64,000 bases of DNA. Source: Candidatus Binatia bacterium (GTDB lineage: Bacteria > Desulfobacterota > Binatia > DP-6). The stretch spans positions 3,731-67,730 of the forward strand of contig JBGQET010000011.1 of assembly GCA_041496545.1 (NCBI GenBank), read 5' to 3'. This document shows, one piece after another, positions 23,440 through 33,136 of this stretch (the stretch's first letter is position 1; every line of letters starts with the position of its first letter). The notes under the pieces are model-generated. The model did not search any database. It was given only the letters and a program-made list of their open reading frames with translations, and was not told where the DNA came from. Position numbers and translations under genes: made by a program.

Positions 23440-23909
23440 CCATCCGCTTCGCCCGGCCGGAGGACGCGGAGATGATCCACCGCTTCGTCGTCGGCCTCGC
23501 GGTCTACGAGCGCGAGCCCGACGCGGTCGAGGTGACACCCGCGACGCTCCGCGCGCAGCTCGCCGGCCCGCGGCCACCCTTCGAGTGCCTGCTCGCCGAG
23601 GTGGACGGTGTCGCCGTCGGCTTCGCGCTCTTCTTCTCCACCTACTCGACGTGGCGCGGCCGCACCGGCCTTCACCTGGAGGACCTCTTCGTCGACGAGG
23701 CCCACCGCCGCCGGGGCGTCGGCCGGGCGCTCGTCGGGCGGCTCGCCGCGCTCGCGCGCGAGCGCGGGTGCGCGCGCCTCGAGCTCGCCGTGCTCGACTG
23801 GAACGCGCCCGCGATCGCCTTCTACCGCGCGCTCGGCGCCGTCCCGCTGGAGGAGTGGACGACGTACCGCATCGACGGCGCGGCGCTGCAAGCTCTGGCG
23901 TCGAAGTAG
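23436..23909 (+). CDS. GNAT acetyltransferase (diamine acetyltransferase-like; probable CTG start)
   Basis: YSTWRG..GLHLEDLFV, RRRGVG, VLDWNAPAIAFY; LTIRFARPED lies upstream of ATG 23472. Confidence 0.88.
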   Translation: MTIRFARPEDAEMIHRFVVGLAVYEREPDAVEVTPATLRAQLAGPRPPFECLLAEVDGVAVGFALFFSTYSTWRGRTGLHLEDLFVDEAHRRRGVGRALVGRLAALARERGCARLELAVLDWNAPAIAFYRALGAVPLEEWTTYRIDGAALQALASK

Positions 23910-23959
23910 CCGGAGGTCCGCTTGCGACTCGCGCGGGCCGCGGCCTAAAACGGACGGGT

Positions 23960-24565
23960 ATGCGTCTCGACGACCTGAAGCGCGAGCTGGTCGACATCTG
24001 CCACTGCGCGAGCGAGCGCTGGCTCACGGCCGGCTCGGGCGGCAACATCAGCGTCCGCATCCCGGGTACGGACCGCTACCTCTGCACCGCGACCGGGGTG
24101 ACGTTCCGGGACACCGCGGTCGAGAACGTGGTCGAGATGGACCTCGCCGGCATGCAGCACGGCGCGCGCGACTTCAAGCCCTCGAAGGAGTACCGCTGGC
24201 ACGCCGGCGTGTTCGCGACCTGTCCCGACGTGCACGGCGTCGTGCACACGCACTCGACCGCCACCATGGCCTTCGGCATCGTCGGCATGACGCCGCCCCA
24301 CATGACCGGCCAGGCGCGCGTCCACCTGGGGAAGATCCAGATCGTTCCCTACGCCGACGCCGGCTCCGAGAAGCTCCGCGACCTCGTGGTCGACGTCTAC
24401 CGGAAGGCTCCCGAGACGCGCATCGTGCTGCTCGCCAACCACGGCCTCGCGGCGACGGGTCCGACGCTCCTCGAGGCGTACAACCGCGCCGAGATCGTCG
24501 AGGACTCCGCGCTCGCGTACCTTCACTGCCGGATCCTGGGGCGCGAGCCGAAGCTCGACTTCTGA
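23960..24565 (+). CDS. Class II aldolase/adducin family
   Basis: GGNISVR, PSKE, VVHTHS, LLANHG. Confidence 0.92.
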   Translation: MRLDDLKRELVDICHCASERWLTAGSGGNISVRIPGTDRYLCTATGVTFRDTAVENVVEMDLAGMQHGARDFKPSKEYRWHAGVFATCPDVHGVVHTHSTATMAFGIVGMTPPHMTGQARVHLGKIQIVPYADAGSEKLRDLVVDVYRKAPETRIVLLANHGLAATGPTLLEAYNRAEIVEDSALAYLHCRILGREPKLDF

Positions 24566-24572
24566 GCCCGGC

Positions 24573-24815
24573 TCAGCGGTAGACGTCGAGCGGCGGCGGC
24601 GCGACGCGCGGGGGCGGCGCCACGCGCGGTGGCGGGGCGACGCGGGGCGGGGGCGCGATCGCCGCGGGCGCCGTCCTCGCGGGGTAGATCACGGACGGCC
24701 CCGCCGGTCGTCGCTTCGGCGGCGCACCGCCGCCGTCGCGGAGCGGTCAATACGCGTGCGCGGCGGCGGCTGCGCCGAGGAGCAGCACCAGCGCCAGGAT
24801 CGAGCGTCCGGCCAT
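24573..24815 (-). other. Small secreted Pro-rich ORF with in-frame TGA (pseudogene or recoded gene)
   Basis: MAGRSILALVLLLGAAAAAHAY*PLRD...APPPRVAPPPRVAPPPRVAPPPLDVYR*; TTGAAG-17-TAGCCT 6 nt before ATG. Confidence 0.55.
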
Positions 24816-24912
24816 CGGTTCAGGCTAGCGACCGGCCCGCCGAGCTTCAAACCGCGACCGCATGCCGGACGCCATGCTTGTCGGCGCCGCGCGCGTCGCC
24901 CTATGGGAAGGG

Positions 24913-25677
24913 ATGGACGCGCAACCGACGACCCTCATCACCGGCGCCAGCGGCGCCATCGGCCGCACCTTCGCCGAGACCCTCGGCCGCGAGGGCTGGC
25001 GGCTCCGTCTCCTCGACGTGAACGCCGGCGCGCTCGCCGAAACCGCCGCCGCGCTCGGGGGCGACGTCCGCACCGCCGTCGCCGACGTGAGCGACCGCGC
25101 GGCGCTCGAGGCGGCGGTGGCGGGCTTGCTCGGCGCCGACGGACGTCTCGCGCTCCTGGTAAGCTGCGCCGCGGTCCTCGGTCCCGGCACCTGGGCGACG
25201 CAGCCGGCCGACGCCTTCGAGCGTGTGCTCCGCGTCGACTTCCTCGGCACGGCGAACGTGATTCGCGCCTGTCTGCCCGCGCTCCGGCGCGCGCGCGGGC
25301 AGGCCGTGCTCCTCGCCTCGACGGCGGCCGTGCACGGCTGGCCGGGGCTGGCGGCGTACTCGGCCGCCAAGTTCGCGGTCGTCGGCTACTCCGAGGGGAT
25401 CCGCGCCGAGCTGGCGACGGACGGCGTCGGCGTGACGACCGTCTTTCCGCTCCTCATCGACACGCCGCTCCTCCAGGGCGCCGACATCCCGCCCATCCTC
25501 CGTCGCGGGCGGCGCCTGCCGCCCGACGCCGTCGTCCGGAAGGTGCTGCGCGCGGCTCGGCGGCGGCGCGCCCGCGTCTACGTGCCGGGCAGCGTGCGCG
25601 TGCTGCAGGCGCTCCACGGCCTCGCCCCGTCGCTGCTCGACTGGTACGGCAAGCGCTTCGGCCTCGAGCGCCGCTGA
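24913..25677 (+). CDS. SDR oxidoreductase
   Basis: TGASGAIG, YSAAKF. Confidence 0.9.
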   Translation: MDAQPTTLITGASGAIGRTFAETLGREGWRLRLLDVNAGALAETAAALGGDVRTAVADVSDRAALEAAVAGLLGADGRLALLVSCAAVLGPGTWATQPADAFERVLRVDFLGTANVIRACLPALRRARGQAVLLASTAAVHGWPGLAAYSAAKFAVVGYSEGIRAELATDGVGVTTVFPLLIDTPLLQGADIPPILRRGRRLPPDAVVRKVLRAARRRRARVYVPGSVRVLQALHGLAPSLLDWYGKRFGLERR

Positions 25678-25742
25678 GATCTCCGCCGGCGTTTCGCGCC
25701 GGCCGTTGACACGGCGCGCACCGCCGCCCTACACCTGCGGCC

Positions 25743-26921
25743 GTGGACCTCAGCCTCTCCCCCGAGCACGAGAAGTTCCGTCGCGGGCTGCGGGCGTGGC
25801 TCGCCACCAACCTGCCCCGGCCGTGGCGCGACGAGTTGCGCGACCCGCAGCACACCGAGGACAGCTTGATCGAGCTGCGCCGCGGTTGGCAGCGGAAGCT
25901 CTACGAAGCCGGCTACCTCGGCATGGACTGGCCCGCGCAGTGGGGTGGCCGCGGCGCCACCGCGGTCGAGAAGGCGATCTTCGAGGAGGAGCTGGCGCGT
26001 GCCGACGCGCCGTTGATCCTCAACATCCTGGGCATCGGCCTCCTCGGGCCCGCGCTCATCCACCACGGCACCGAGGCGCAGCGCCGCCGCTTCATCCCGC
26101 CCATGCTCTCGGGCGAGGAGATCTGGTGCCAGGGCTTCAGCGAGCCGGGCGCCGGCAGCGACCTCGCGTCGCTCCGCGCGACGGCCGCCGTGGACGGCGA
26201 TCACTTCGTGCTGAACGGGCAGAAGATCTGGACGACGTTCGGCCCCTGGGCCGACTGGATCTTCGTGCTCGCGCGGACGGACGCGAAGGACCGCTACGGC
26301 GGCATCTCCTTCATCCTCACCAAGCTCGACACGCCGGGGATCACCGTGCGCCGGCTCCGCCAGATCACGGGCGAGAGCGAGTTCGGCGAGGTGTTCTTCG
26401 AGGACGCGCGCGTGCCGCGCGAGAATCTCGTCGGCAAGGTCGGCGAAGGCTGGCGGATCGCGATGACGGTGCTCGGCTACGAGCGCGGCGCCGTGGCGCT
26501 GGCGTACTCCGCGCGCTACGCGCGCGACCTCGCCCAGCTTGCCGCCGCCTGCCGCGAGCTGGGGCGGATGAGCGCGGCGGTGCGCGAGAAGCTCGCGCGG
26601 CTCCTGGTCGACAACGAGGTCATGCGCGCCAACGGTATCCGCACGCTCGCCAACCTGGCCGCCGGCCGCGTGCCCGGGCCCGAGTCGTCGATCGAGAAGA
26701 TCTACTGGAGCGAGTTCGACAAGCGCTTCCGCGAGACGGCGCTCGACATCCTGGGGCCCGGCGGGCAGCTGCTGCGGACGGCGCCCGGCGCGCGCACCGA
26801 CGTCGACTGGGCGCGCGAGTTCCTCTGGACCCGCGCCGGCACGATCTACTCCGGCTCCTCCGAGGTGCAGCGCAACATCATCGCCAAGCGCGTCCTCAAC
26901 CTCCCGCAGGACGCGCGGTGA
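25743..26921 (+). CDS. Acyl-CoA dehydrogenase (catalytic-type subunit)
   Basis: WCQGFSEPGAGSDL, NGQKIWTT, TIYSGSSEVQRNII. Confidence 0.93.
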   Translation: MDLSLSPEHEKFRRGLRAWLATNLPRPWRDELRDPQHTEDSLIELRRGWQRKLYEAGYLGMDWPAQWGGRGATAVEKAIFEEELARADAPLILNILGIGLLGPALIHHGTEAQRRRFIPPMLSGEEIWCQGFSEPGAGSDLASLRATAAVDGDHFVLNGQKIWTTFGPWADWIFVLARTDAKDRYGGISFILTKLDTPGITVRRLRQITGESEFGEVFFEDARVPRENLVGKVGEGWRIAMTVLGYERGAVALAYSARYARDLAQLAAACRELGRMSAAVREKLARLLVDNEVMRANGIRTLANLAAGRVPGPESSIEKIYWSEFDKRFRETALDILGPGGQLLRTAPGARTDVDWAREFLWTRAGTIYSGSSEVQRNIIAKRVLNLPQDAR

Positions 26922-27970
26922 GGTTCGACCTCTCCGACGACCAGGAGCTGCTCCGCCGCTCGACCCGTGACTACTTCGCGGCCGAGTGGCCGCTCGAGAA
27001 GAGCCGCAAGGTCATGGAGCACGACCCGCGCGGCTTCGACCGCGCGGAGTGGCGGAAGCTCGCTGAGATGGGCTACCTGGGGCTGGTCGCGCCGGCGACG
27101 GCGGGCGGGCAGGGCCTGGGGGCGATCGAGCTCGCGATCGTGTGCGAGGAGATCGGCCGCGCGTGCGTCCCCGGTCCCTTCCTCGACGCCACCCTCGCCG
27201 GCGCGCTGCTCGCTGCCGGGGGCGGGCAGGACGCGCTCCTCGCGGACCTGGTCGCCGGCCGCCGGCTGGTCACCGTCGCGCGCGAGGACGCCGTCTTCGC
27301 CGGCGAGCGGCACGACACGACGCGCTTCACCGGCGGTCGCGTCCGGGGCCGGAAGTTCTTCGTGCCCTACGCCGCCGCGGCGGACGCGCTCCTGGTGACG
27401 ACGCCCGAGGGCGTCGTGGTGGTGGAGGGACCGGTCGACGCCGTCGCCGCGCCGACGCTCGACCTCGCGCAGCGCTTCGCCGAGGTCGCGCTCGATCATC
27501 CGGCGACGCTGCTCGGCTCCGCGGCGCTCCTCGACGGCGTCGACCGCCTAGCCGCCGTCGGCGCCGGGGGCCAGCTCCTCGGCATCATGAGCCGGCTGCT
27601 CGAGATGACGGTCGAGTACGTGCAGACGCGCCAGGCCTTCGGCCGCCCGATCGGCAGCTTCCAGGCCCTCCAGCACCGCCTCGCCGACATGCTGCTGCGG
27701 ACCGAGTCGGCGCGCTCGGCGGTCTACCGGGCGGCGTGGTGCCTGGCGACGGACGATCCCGACACGCGGCTCGCCTGCGCGGCCGCGAAGGCCTACGCCG
27801 GCGACGCCTCGCGCCAGGTGTGCGGCGAGACGATCCAGATGCACGGCGGCATCGGCTTCACCTGGGAGCTCGACGTCCACCTCTACTTCAAGCGCGCCAA
27901 GACCCTCGAGCAGCACTATGGCGGGACCGAGGTCCAGCTCGAGCGGGCCCTCGCGGCCGCCGGGTTCTGA
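26918..27970 (+). CDS. Acyl-CoA dehydrogenase (shorter partner subunit)
   Basis: RQAFGRPIGSFQALQH, QMHGGIGFTWE; GTGA overlap. Confidence 0.92.
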   Translation: MRFDLSDDQELLRRSTRDYFAAEWPLEKSRKVMEHDPRGFDRAEWRKLAEMGYLGLVAPATAGGQGLGAIELAIVCEEIGRACVPGPFLDATLAGALLAAGGGQDALLADLVAGRRLVTVAREDAVFAGERHDTTRFTGGRVRGRKFFVPYAAAADALLVTTPEGVVVVEGPVDAVAAPTLDLAQRFAEVALDHPATLLGSAALLDGVDRLAAVGAGGQLLGIMSRLLEMTVEYVQTRQAFGRPIGSFQALQHRLADMLLRTESARSAVYRAAWCLATDDPDTRLACAAAKAYAGDASRQVCGETIQMHGGIGFTWELDVHLYFKRAKTLEQHYGGTEVQLERALAAAGF

Positions 27971-27990
27971 GCGGACCCTGCCGCCGGCGC

Positions 27991-29871
27991 TCAGCTCCCC
28001 TTCGCCTTGAAGAGCGTCGCGGTGTTCTTCTTCGGCGCGCCGAACGTGCCCGCGAAGCAGGCGCCGGCGCCCGCCTCCAGCTCAGCGGTGACGGGCGCGG
28101 TGAGGCCGAGCTTCGACAGGTGCAGGTTCGGCCCCTTGCCGGCCACCGTCGCGGACGCCTTGCCCGCCTTGCCGGCCTTCAGGACGAGGCCCGTGAGCCC
28201 GTCGGAGGCGGCGCCCTTGTCGCGGTAGCGGAAGCCGCTGCCCTTCGCCGTCCAGCTTCCGCCGTGCGGCGCGCCGGCGCGCAGCACGAGGCGATCCGTG
28301 CCGCCGGCGCGGTCGAAGACGCAGAAGGCGTAGTCGGTGGCACCCGGAGGGTTGCCGAGATCGGTCGTCTGCGTCAGCGCGCCCTTCATCCACCCGAAGG
28401 CGACCCGGTCCTTCTTGTCGGGCGACTTGTCGACGAGCGTTAGCGAGGCCTGCTTCGCCTTCGTCGGGTGCCGGCAGTCCAGCCGCGGCTTCGCCACGCA
28501 GCCGGCGGTGGTGTCGCACTGCTCGCACGCCTGGCAAATCACGACCCGGCATGCGGCGTCGCAGCAGGCGCCGTCGACGCGGTCGCCGTCGTCGCACTCC
28601 TCGCCCGCGCCCACGACGCCGTCGCCGCACGGGTCGGCGAAGCGCCGGGCGAAGACGCCCTGGTTGCTCCCGTCCTGGCCGTAGCTGTTCCAGACCACGA
28701 CGAAGTCGCCGTCCTTGTCGCTCGCGACGGCGGGCGTGTAGCCCTGGTTGCCGGGCGTGTAGGTGTTCACCTGGAACTCCGTGCCGTGCCGCGCCCCGGT
28801 GCGGTCGAAGCGCTGCGCGAACACGCCGCGCGCGCTCCCGTCCTGCCCGACGCTCGACCAGGCGACGACGAAGTTCCCGAGCGCGTCGGAGGCCACCGTG
28901 GAGTACTCCTGCTCGCCGCCGGTGTGAGTGTTCACCTGGAACTCGGATCCGACCCGGCTGCCGTCCGCCGCGAAACGCTGCGCGAAGATGCCGGGCCCGC
29001 TGCCGTCCTGATCGACGCTCGACCAGGTGACGACGACGTTCCCGTCCCGGTCCGCGGCGACCGCCGGAAAGAACTGGTCCTTCGTGGTGTAGCTGTTGAC
29101 GACGAACTCGGTGCCGGCGGGGAGTCCGCTGCTCGCGTAGCGCCTTGCCGCGACGCCGTTGTAGCTCCCGTCGACGCCCTGGCTGCGCCAGACCACGACG
29201 AAGTTGCCGGCGGGATCGACCGCGACGCTCGCCTCCTGCTGGAAGCTCGTGGTGTAGGTGTTCACCTGGAACTCGGTGCCGAGCGGGTTGCCGGTCGGCG
29301 TGAAGCGCTGCCCGAAGACGCCGCTCGCGTCGCCGTCCTGCTGCAGGCTCTGCCAGACGACGACGAAGCCGCCGGCCGCGTCGACTCCCACCGACGGGTA
29401 GAGCTGGTCGTTGGTGGTGGTGGTGTTCACCTGGAACTCGGTGCCGCGCGGCGCGCCGGCGGCGTCGAAGCGCCGGCCGAAGACGCCGTGGCCGTCGCCG
29501 TCCTGCCCGTTCTGGCTCTCCCACACGACGTCGAAGGCGCCGCTCGCCTCGCACCCGACCGCGCCGACGCGCTGGCTTCCGGTCGTGAACGCGTTCACCT
29601 GGAACTCGCTTCCCTGCGCGACGCCGGCGCGGTCGTAGCGCTGCCCGAAGACGCCGAAGGCGCCACCGTCCTCGAGGGCGCCGTCCCACACCACGACCGT
29701 GTCCCCGGCCGCGTCCCGGCAGACCGCGCCGGGGTGCGCGAGCTGGATGTCGGTCGTGTACGTGTTCACCTGGAAATCGGGGCCGCTGGGGACGATCTCA
29801 GCGCCCGCCGCTCGCGCCGGGGCGACGAAGGCGAGTCCGACGCACCACGCTGCCCGCCACCCCGACCGCAT
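27991..29871 (-). CDS. Secreted repeat protein: seven xFQVNTYT repeats, Myxococcus-type Cys-rich repeat, Lys-rich C-terminal domain
   Basis: ~60-aa repeats GTEFQVNTYT..Q..SVA.D..GNFVVVW.S..QDG...GVF.QRF; CGDGVVGAGEECDDG. Confidence 0.85.
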   Translation of the reverse strand: MRSGWRAAWCVGLAFVAPARAAGAEIVPSGPDFQVNTYTTDIQLAHPGAVCRDAAGDTVVVWDGALEDGGAFGVFGQRYDRAGVAQGSEFQVNAFTTGSQRVGAVGCEASGAFDVVWESQNGQDGDGHGVFGRRFDAAGAPRGTEFQVNTTTTNDQLYPSVGVDAAGGFVVVWQSLQQDGDASGVFGQRFTPTGNPLGTEFQVNTYTTSFQQEASVAVDPAGNFVVVWRSQGVDGSYNGVAARRYASSGLPAGTEFVVNSYTTKDQFFPAVAADRDGNVVVTWSSVDQDGSGPGIFAQRFAADGSRVGSEFQVNTHTGGEQEYSTVASDALGNFVVAWSSVGQDGSARGVFAQRFDRTGARHGTEFQVNTYTPGNQGYTPAVASDKDGDFVVVWNSYGQDGSNQGVFARRFADPCGDGVVGAGEECDDGDRVDGACCDAACRVVICQACEQCDTTAGCVAKPRLDCRHPTKAKQASLTLVDKSPDKKDRVAFGWMKGALTQTTDLGNPPGATDYAFCVFDRAGGTDRLVLRAGAPHGGSWTAKGSGFRYRDKGAASDGLTGLVLKAGKAGKASATVAGKGPNLHLSKLGLTAPVTAELEAGAGACFAGTFGAPKKNTATLFKAKGS

Positions 29872-29915
29872 CCGAGGGGAAAGATAGCAGCTTCGTCGCG
29901 CGCCCGCGACCGACG

Positions 29916-30587
29916 TCACCCGTCCGGCAGCAGGTCGGCGAAGTGGAAGCCGTCGCGCGCGACCACGTCGCCCAGGCGGACGGCGATCGGCGCCGCGAAC
30001 ATGGGGCCCGCGTGGCAGAAGGTGTGGAACTCGCCCCGCTCGCCGCACGGGTCGACGGTCGCCGGCAGCTCGTCGAGGAGCGCGGCGTCGAAGCGGCGGC
30101 CGACGAAGCGCGGGTCGAGCTGCGCCGGGTCGACGCAGGTGAGCGTCGCGGCGAGCCCGCCGGCAAGCATGTCGCGCGCCAGACGGTCCGTCGGGCGCCC
30201 CCAGAGCGGGAAGAGCGGCTCGACGCCGGTGGCGGCGAGCGTCCGGATGCGGTAGGCGCGCACGTCGTCCAGGAAGAGATCGCCGAAGGCGATCGCCGTG
30301 ACGCCGTCGGCTCGCGCCCGCGCCACCGCCGCCGCCATGCGCCGCTCGTACTCGACGTTGGGGCAGGGCGAGGGGATCGGCACCGACCGGAGCGGCAGCC
30401 CGGCGGCGCGCGCCTGGGCGTCGAGCAGCTCGCGCCGCACGGCGTGCATCGCGACGCGATCGACGGCTTCGTTGACGGTGGTGAGGAGCCCGACCACCTC
30501 GACGTCGCCGCGCTCCCGCAGCACGTGCAGCGTCCAGGCGCTGTCCTTGCCGCTGCTCCACGCGAGCAGCGCGCGCGGACGCGTCAC
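29916..30587 (-). CDS. PP-loop ATP pyrophosphatase (DUF71 / diphthine-ammonia ligase-like)
   Basis: WSSGKDS, FGDLFL, DPCGERGEFHTF. Confidence 0.9.
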   Translation of the reverse strand: MTRPRALLAWSSGKDSAWTLHVLRERGDVEVVGLLTTVNEAVDRVAMHAVRRELLDAQARAAGLPLRSVPIPSPCPNVEYERRMAAAVARARADGVTAIAFGDLFLDDVRAYRIRTLAATGVEPLFPLWGRPTDRLARDMLAGGLAATLTCVDPAQLDPRFVGRRFDAALLDELPATVDPCGERGEFHTFCHAGPMFAAPIAVRLGDVVARDGFHFADLLPDG

Positions 30588-31759
30588 GGCCTCTCGACGA
30601 TCATCGCGACCGCCTCGCCGCCGCCGAGGCAGAGCGTGGCGAGCCCGCGTCGCAGATTCCGCTGCTCGAGTGCCGCGAGGAGCGTCACGAGCACCCGCGC
30701 GCCGCTGGCGCCGATCGGGTGGCCGAGGGCGATCGCCCCGCCGTGGACGTTGACGCGCGCCGGGTCGAGGTCGAGGGCGCGGACGGCGGCGAGCACCACG
30801 ACGGCGAACGCCTCGTTGATCTCGAACAGGTCGACGTCGGAGGTGCCGAGCCCCGCGCGCTCGAGGACCTTCCGCACGGCGTCGATGGGCGCGATGGGAA
30901 ACTCGGCCGGGGCGCGGCCGGCGGCGCACGCGGCGACGATGCGCGCGCGCGGCGCGAGGCCGTGGCGCTTCACCGCGTCCGCGCTCGCGACCACCACCGC
31001 GGCGGCGCCGTCGGCGAGGGTCGAGGCGTTGGCGGCGGTGATCGTGCCGTCGGTCTCGAAGCTCGGCTTGAGGCTCGGGATGCGGGCGAAGTCGACGCGC
31101 GCGGGCTCCTCGTCGGTGTCGACGGCGGCGGCGCCGGCACGTCCCGGGACGGCGACCGCCACGATCTCGTTTGCGAAGCGCCCGCCGGCGATCGCCGCCT
31201 GGGCGCGGCGGTAGCTCTCCGCCGCCCACTCGTCCTGCGCCGCGCGCGAGATGCCGGCGTCGCGTGCGCAGCGCTCGGCGGCGCGGCCCATGTGGAAGTC
31301 GTGGTAGGGATCCCAGAGGCCGTCGAGGATCATGGCGTCGAGCAGCGGGCCGGGTCCGAGCCGGTGCCCTTGACGCGCCCGCGGCAGGAGGTAGGGCGCG
31401 CGGGTCATGCTCTCCATCCCCCCCGCGGCGACCACCTCCGCGTCGCCGAGACGGATGGCCTGCGCCCCCAGCATGACCGCCATCAGGCCCGAGCCGCACA
31501 CCTTGTTGACGGTGAGCGCGCCGTGCGTGCGCGGGATGCCGGCGCCGAGCCCCGCCTGGCGCGCCGGCGCCTGCCCCAGGCCGGCGGCGATGACGTTGCC
31601 CATGACGACCTGCTCGACGGCGTCGGCGGGGACGCGGGCGCGCTCGACCGCGGCGCGCACCGCGACCGCGCCCAGCTCCGGCGCGGCGAGCGCGGCGAGC
31701 GCGCCGCCGAAGCTGCCGATCGGCGTCCGGGCCACGCCGACGACGTACGCTTCCCGCAT
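30584..31759 (-). CDS. Acetyl-CoA C-acyltransferase (thiolase)
   Basis: NKVCGSG, EINEAF, GHPIGASG, CLGGG. Confidence 0.95.
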   Translation of the reverse strand: MREAYVVGVARTPIGSFGGALAALAAPELGAVAVRAAVERARVPADAVEQVVMGNVIAAGLGQAPARQAGLGAGIPRTHGALTVNKVCGSGLMAVMLGAQAIRLGDAEVVAAGGMESMTRAPYLLPRARQGHRLGPGPLLDAMILDGLWDPYHDFHMGRAAERCARDAGISRAAQDEWAAESYRRAQAAIAGGRFANEIVAVAVPGRAGAAAVDTDEEPARVDFARIPSLKPSFETDGTITAANASTLADGAAAVVVASADAVKRHGLAPRARIVAACAAGRAPAEFPIAPIDAVRKVLERAGLGTSDVDLFEINEAFAVVVLAAVRALDLDPARVNVHGGAIALGHPIGASGARVLVTLLAALEQRNLRRGLATLCLGGGEAVAMIVERP

Positions 31760-31818
31760 GCGCGATCCTTTGCCCGCTTCCCCCACGTGCCGCAAGTGCA
31801 GTATATGCGGGCGACCCG

Positions 31819-33136
31819 ATGCCGAGCGCGCCTTCGAGCGCCCGTCCCCGCGCGGCCTACGCGCGGGCCATTCTGTGGTTCACGCTCGGCAATGCCGCGC
31901 TGCTGCTCGCCGACGGCTACGGCTACCTCGTCGCCCAGCCACCACGCACGGTCACGGGGTGGCTCTTCGCGCCCGCGGCACTGGCGGCGCAGCTCGCGGG
32001 TGGCGCGCTGGCGCTCGGCCTCTACCTCGACCGCAAGATCTACGCCCTCTTCCGCTATCACGTGAACGGCCTCGTGCTCGGCCTGGTGACGACGCGCGCG
32101 GGCTGGGAGTCGATGCAGATCGGCGACGCGGAGGTGGCGCTCGCGGTCGCGCTCGCGGTCGGCTTGCTGGCCGCCGAGCTGCTCGCCTACCGCCTGCTGC
32201 TGCGCCGCTTCCTCGCCGCCCCCCGCGTCGTGGCGGAGCGCACGGGGCCGGTGCTCCTCCGGCGCCTCCTCGAGCTGGGCCATCGGATCCGGGTCCTGTC
32301 GAGCACCCCGCTCGAGTACGCGGAGTTCCGGCGCACCGTCTTCGTCGACGTGCCCGACGCGATCCGCGACCGCGTCCCGGGCTCCGTCGTCGAGCGCGAC
32401 CGCGCGCTCGCCGACGACGTCGCGTCGTTCGCCACCGACGCGGACGACGCGCGCCCCTTCTTCGCCTTTCTACTTCCTCGACTCGACGCACGCGCCCTAC
32501 GATTTCCCGCCCCAGTTCCTGCGCTACGAGCCGTCCGCCGGCCCCTTCCTCTACCGCGAGGTCGCACCCGAGCGGCGCGTCGAGTTCTTCAACCGCTATC
32601 GCAACGCGGTCTCCTACGACGATCACCTGGTGGGCGACGTGCTGCGGCGGCTGGAGGCGGGTGGCCGGCTCGACGACACCGTGATCCTCGTCACCGGCGA
32701 CCACGGGGAGGAGTGCTACGAGCACGGCCACTGGGGGCACAACGCCGCGTTCACCCCCGAGCAGATCCGCGTCCCGCTCGTCCTGCACGTGCCCGGGCTC
32801 GCGCCGGCGGCGCACGACGCGCTCACCGGGCACCAGGACCTCGCCGCCACCTTCCTCGAGATGCTCGGGGTCGAGAACCCGCCCGCCGACTACAGCCAGG
32901 GACGGTCGCTGCTCGGCCCGACCGCCGACCTCTTCCAGGTGAGCTGCGGCTGGAACCAGTGCGCGCTGGTGGACGGCGCGGGCCTGGTCGTGTTCGGCAC
33001 CGAGCCGTACAACGCGCGCGGCCTCGACGTGCTCGACCCCGACTACCGCGAGGTCGCCGACCCGGCCCGCGCGCTCCGCGAGCGCTCGCTCGCGCTCAGG
33101 AGCCTGATGGCCGAGATGAGCGCGTTCCTGCGCTGA
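31819..33136 (+). pseudogene. YejM/PbgA-like membrane sulfatase-fold protein, frameshifted and apparently internally deleted
   Basis: TM N-terminus with DRKIYALFRYHVNG; frame change near 32470 into YFLDSTHAPY...YRNAVSYDD...TGDHGEE...WGHN. Confidence 0.7.

Noticed and set aside
28620-29800. Regularly spaced DNA repeats (GTTCACCTGGAACTC) as a CRISPR array
   Set aside because: Spacing is ~180 nt and in frame; these are protein repeats, and no cas genes are present
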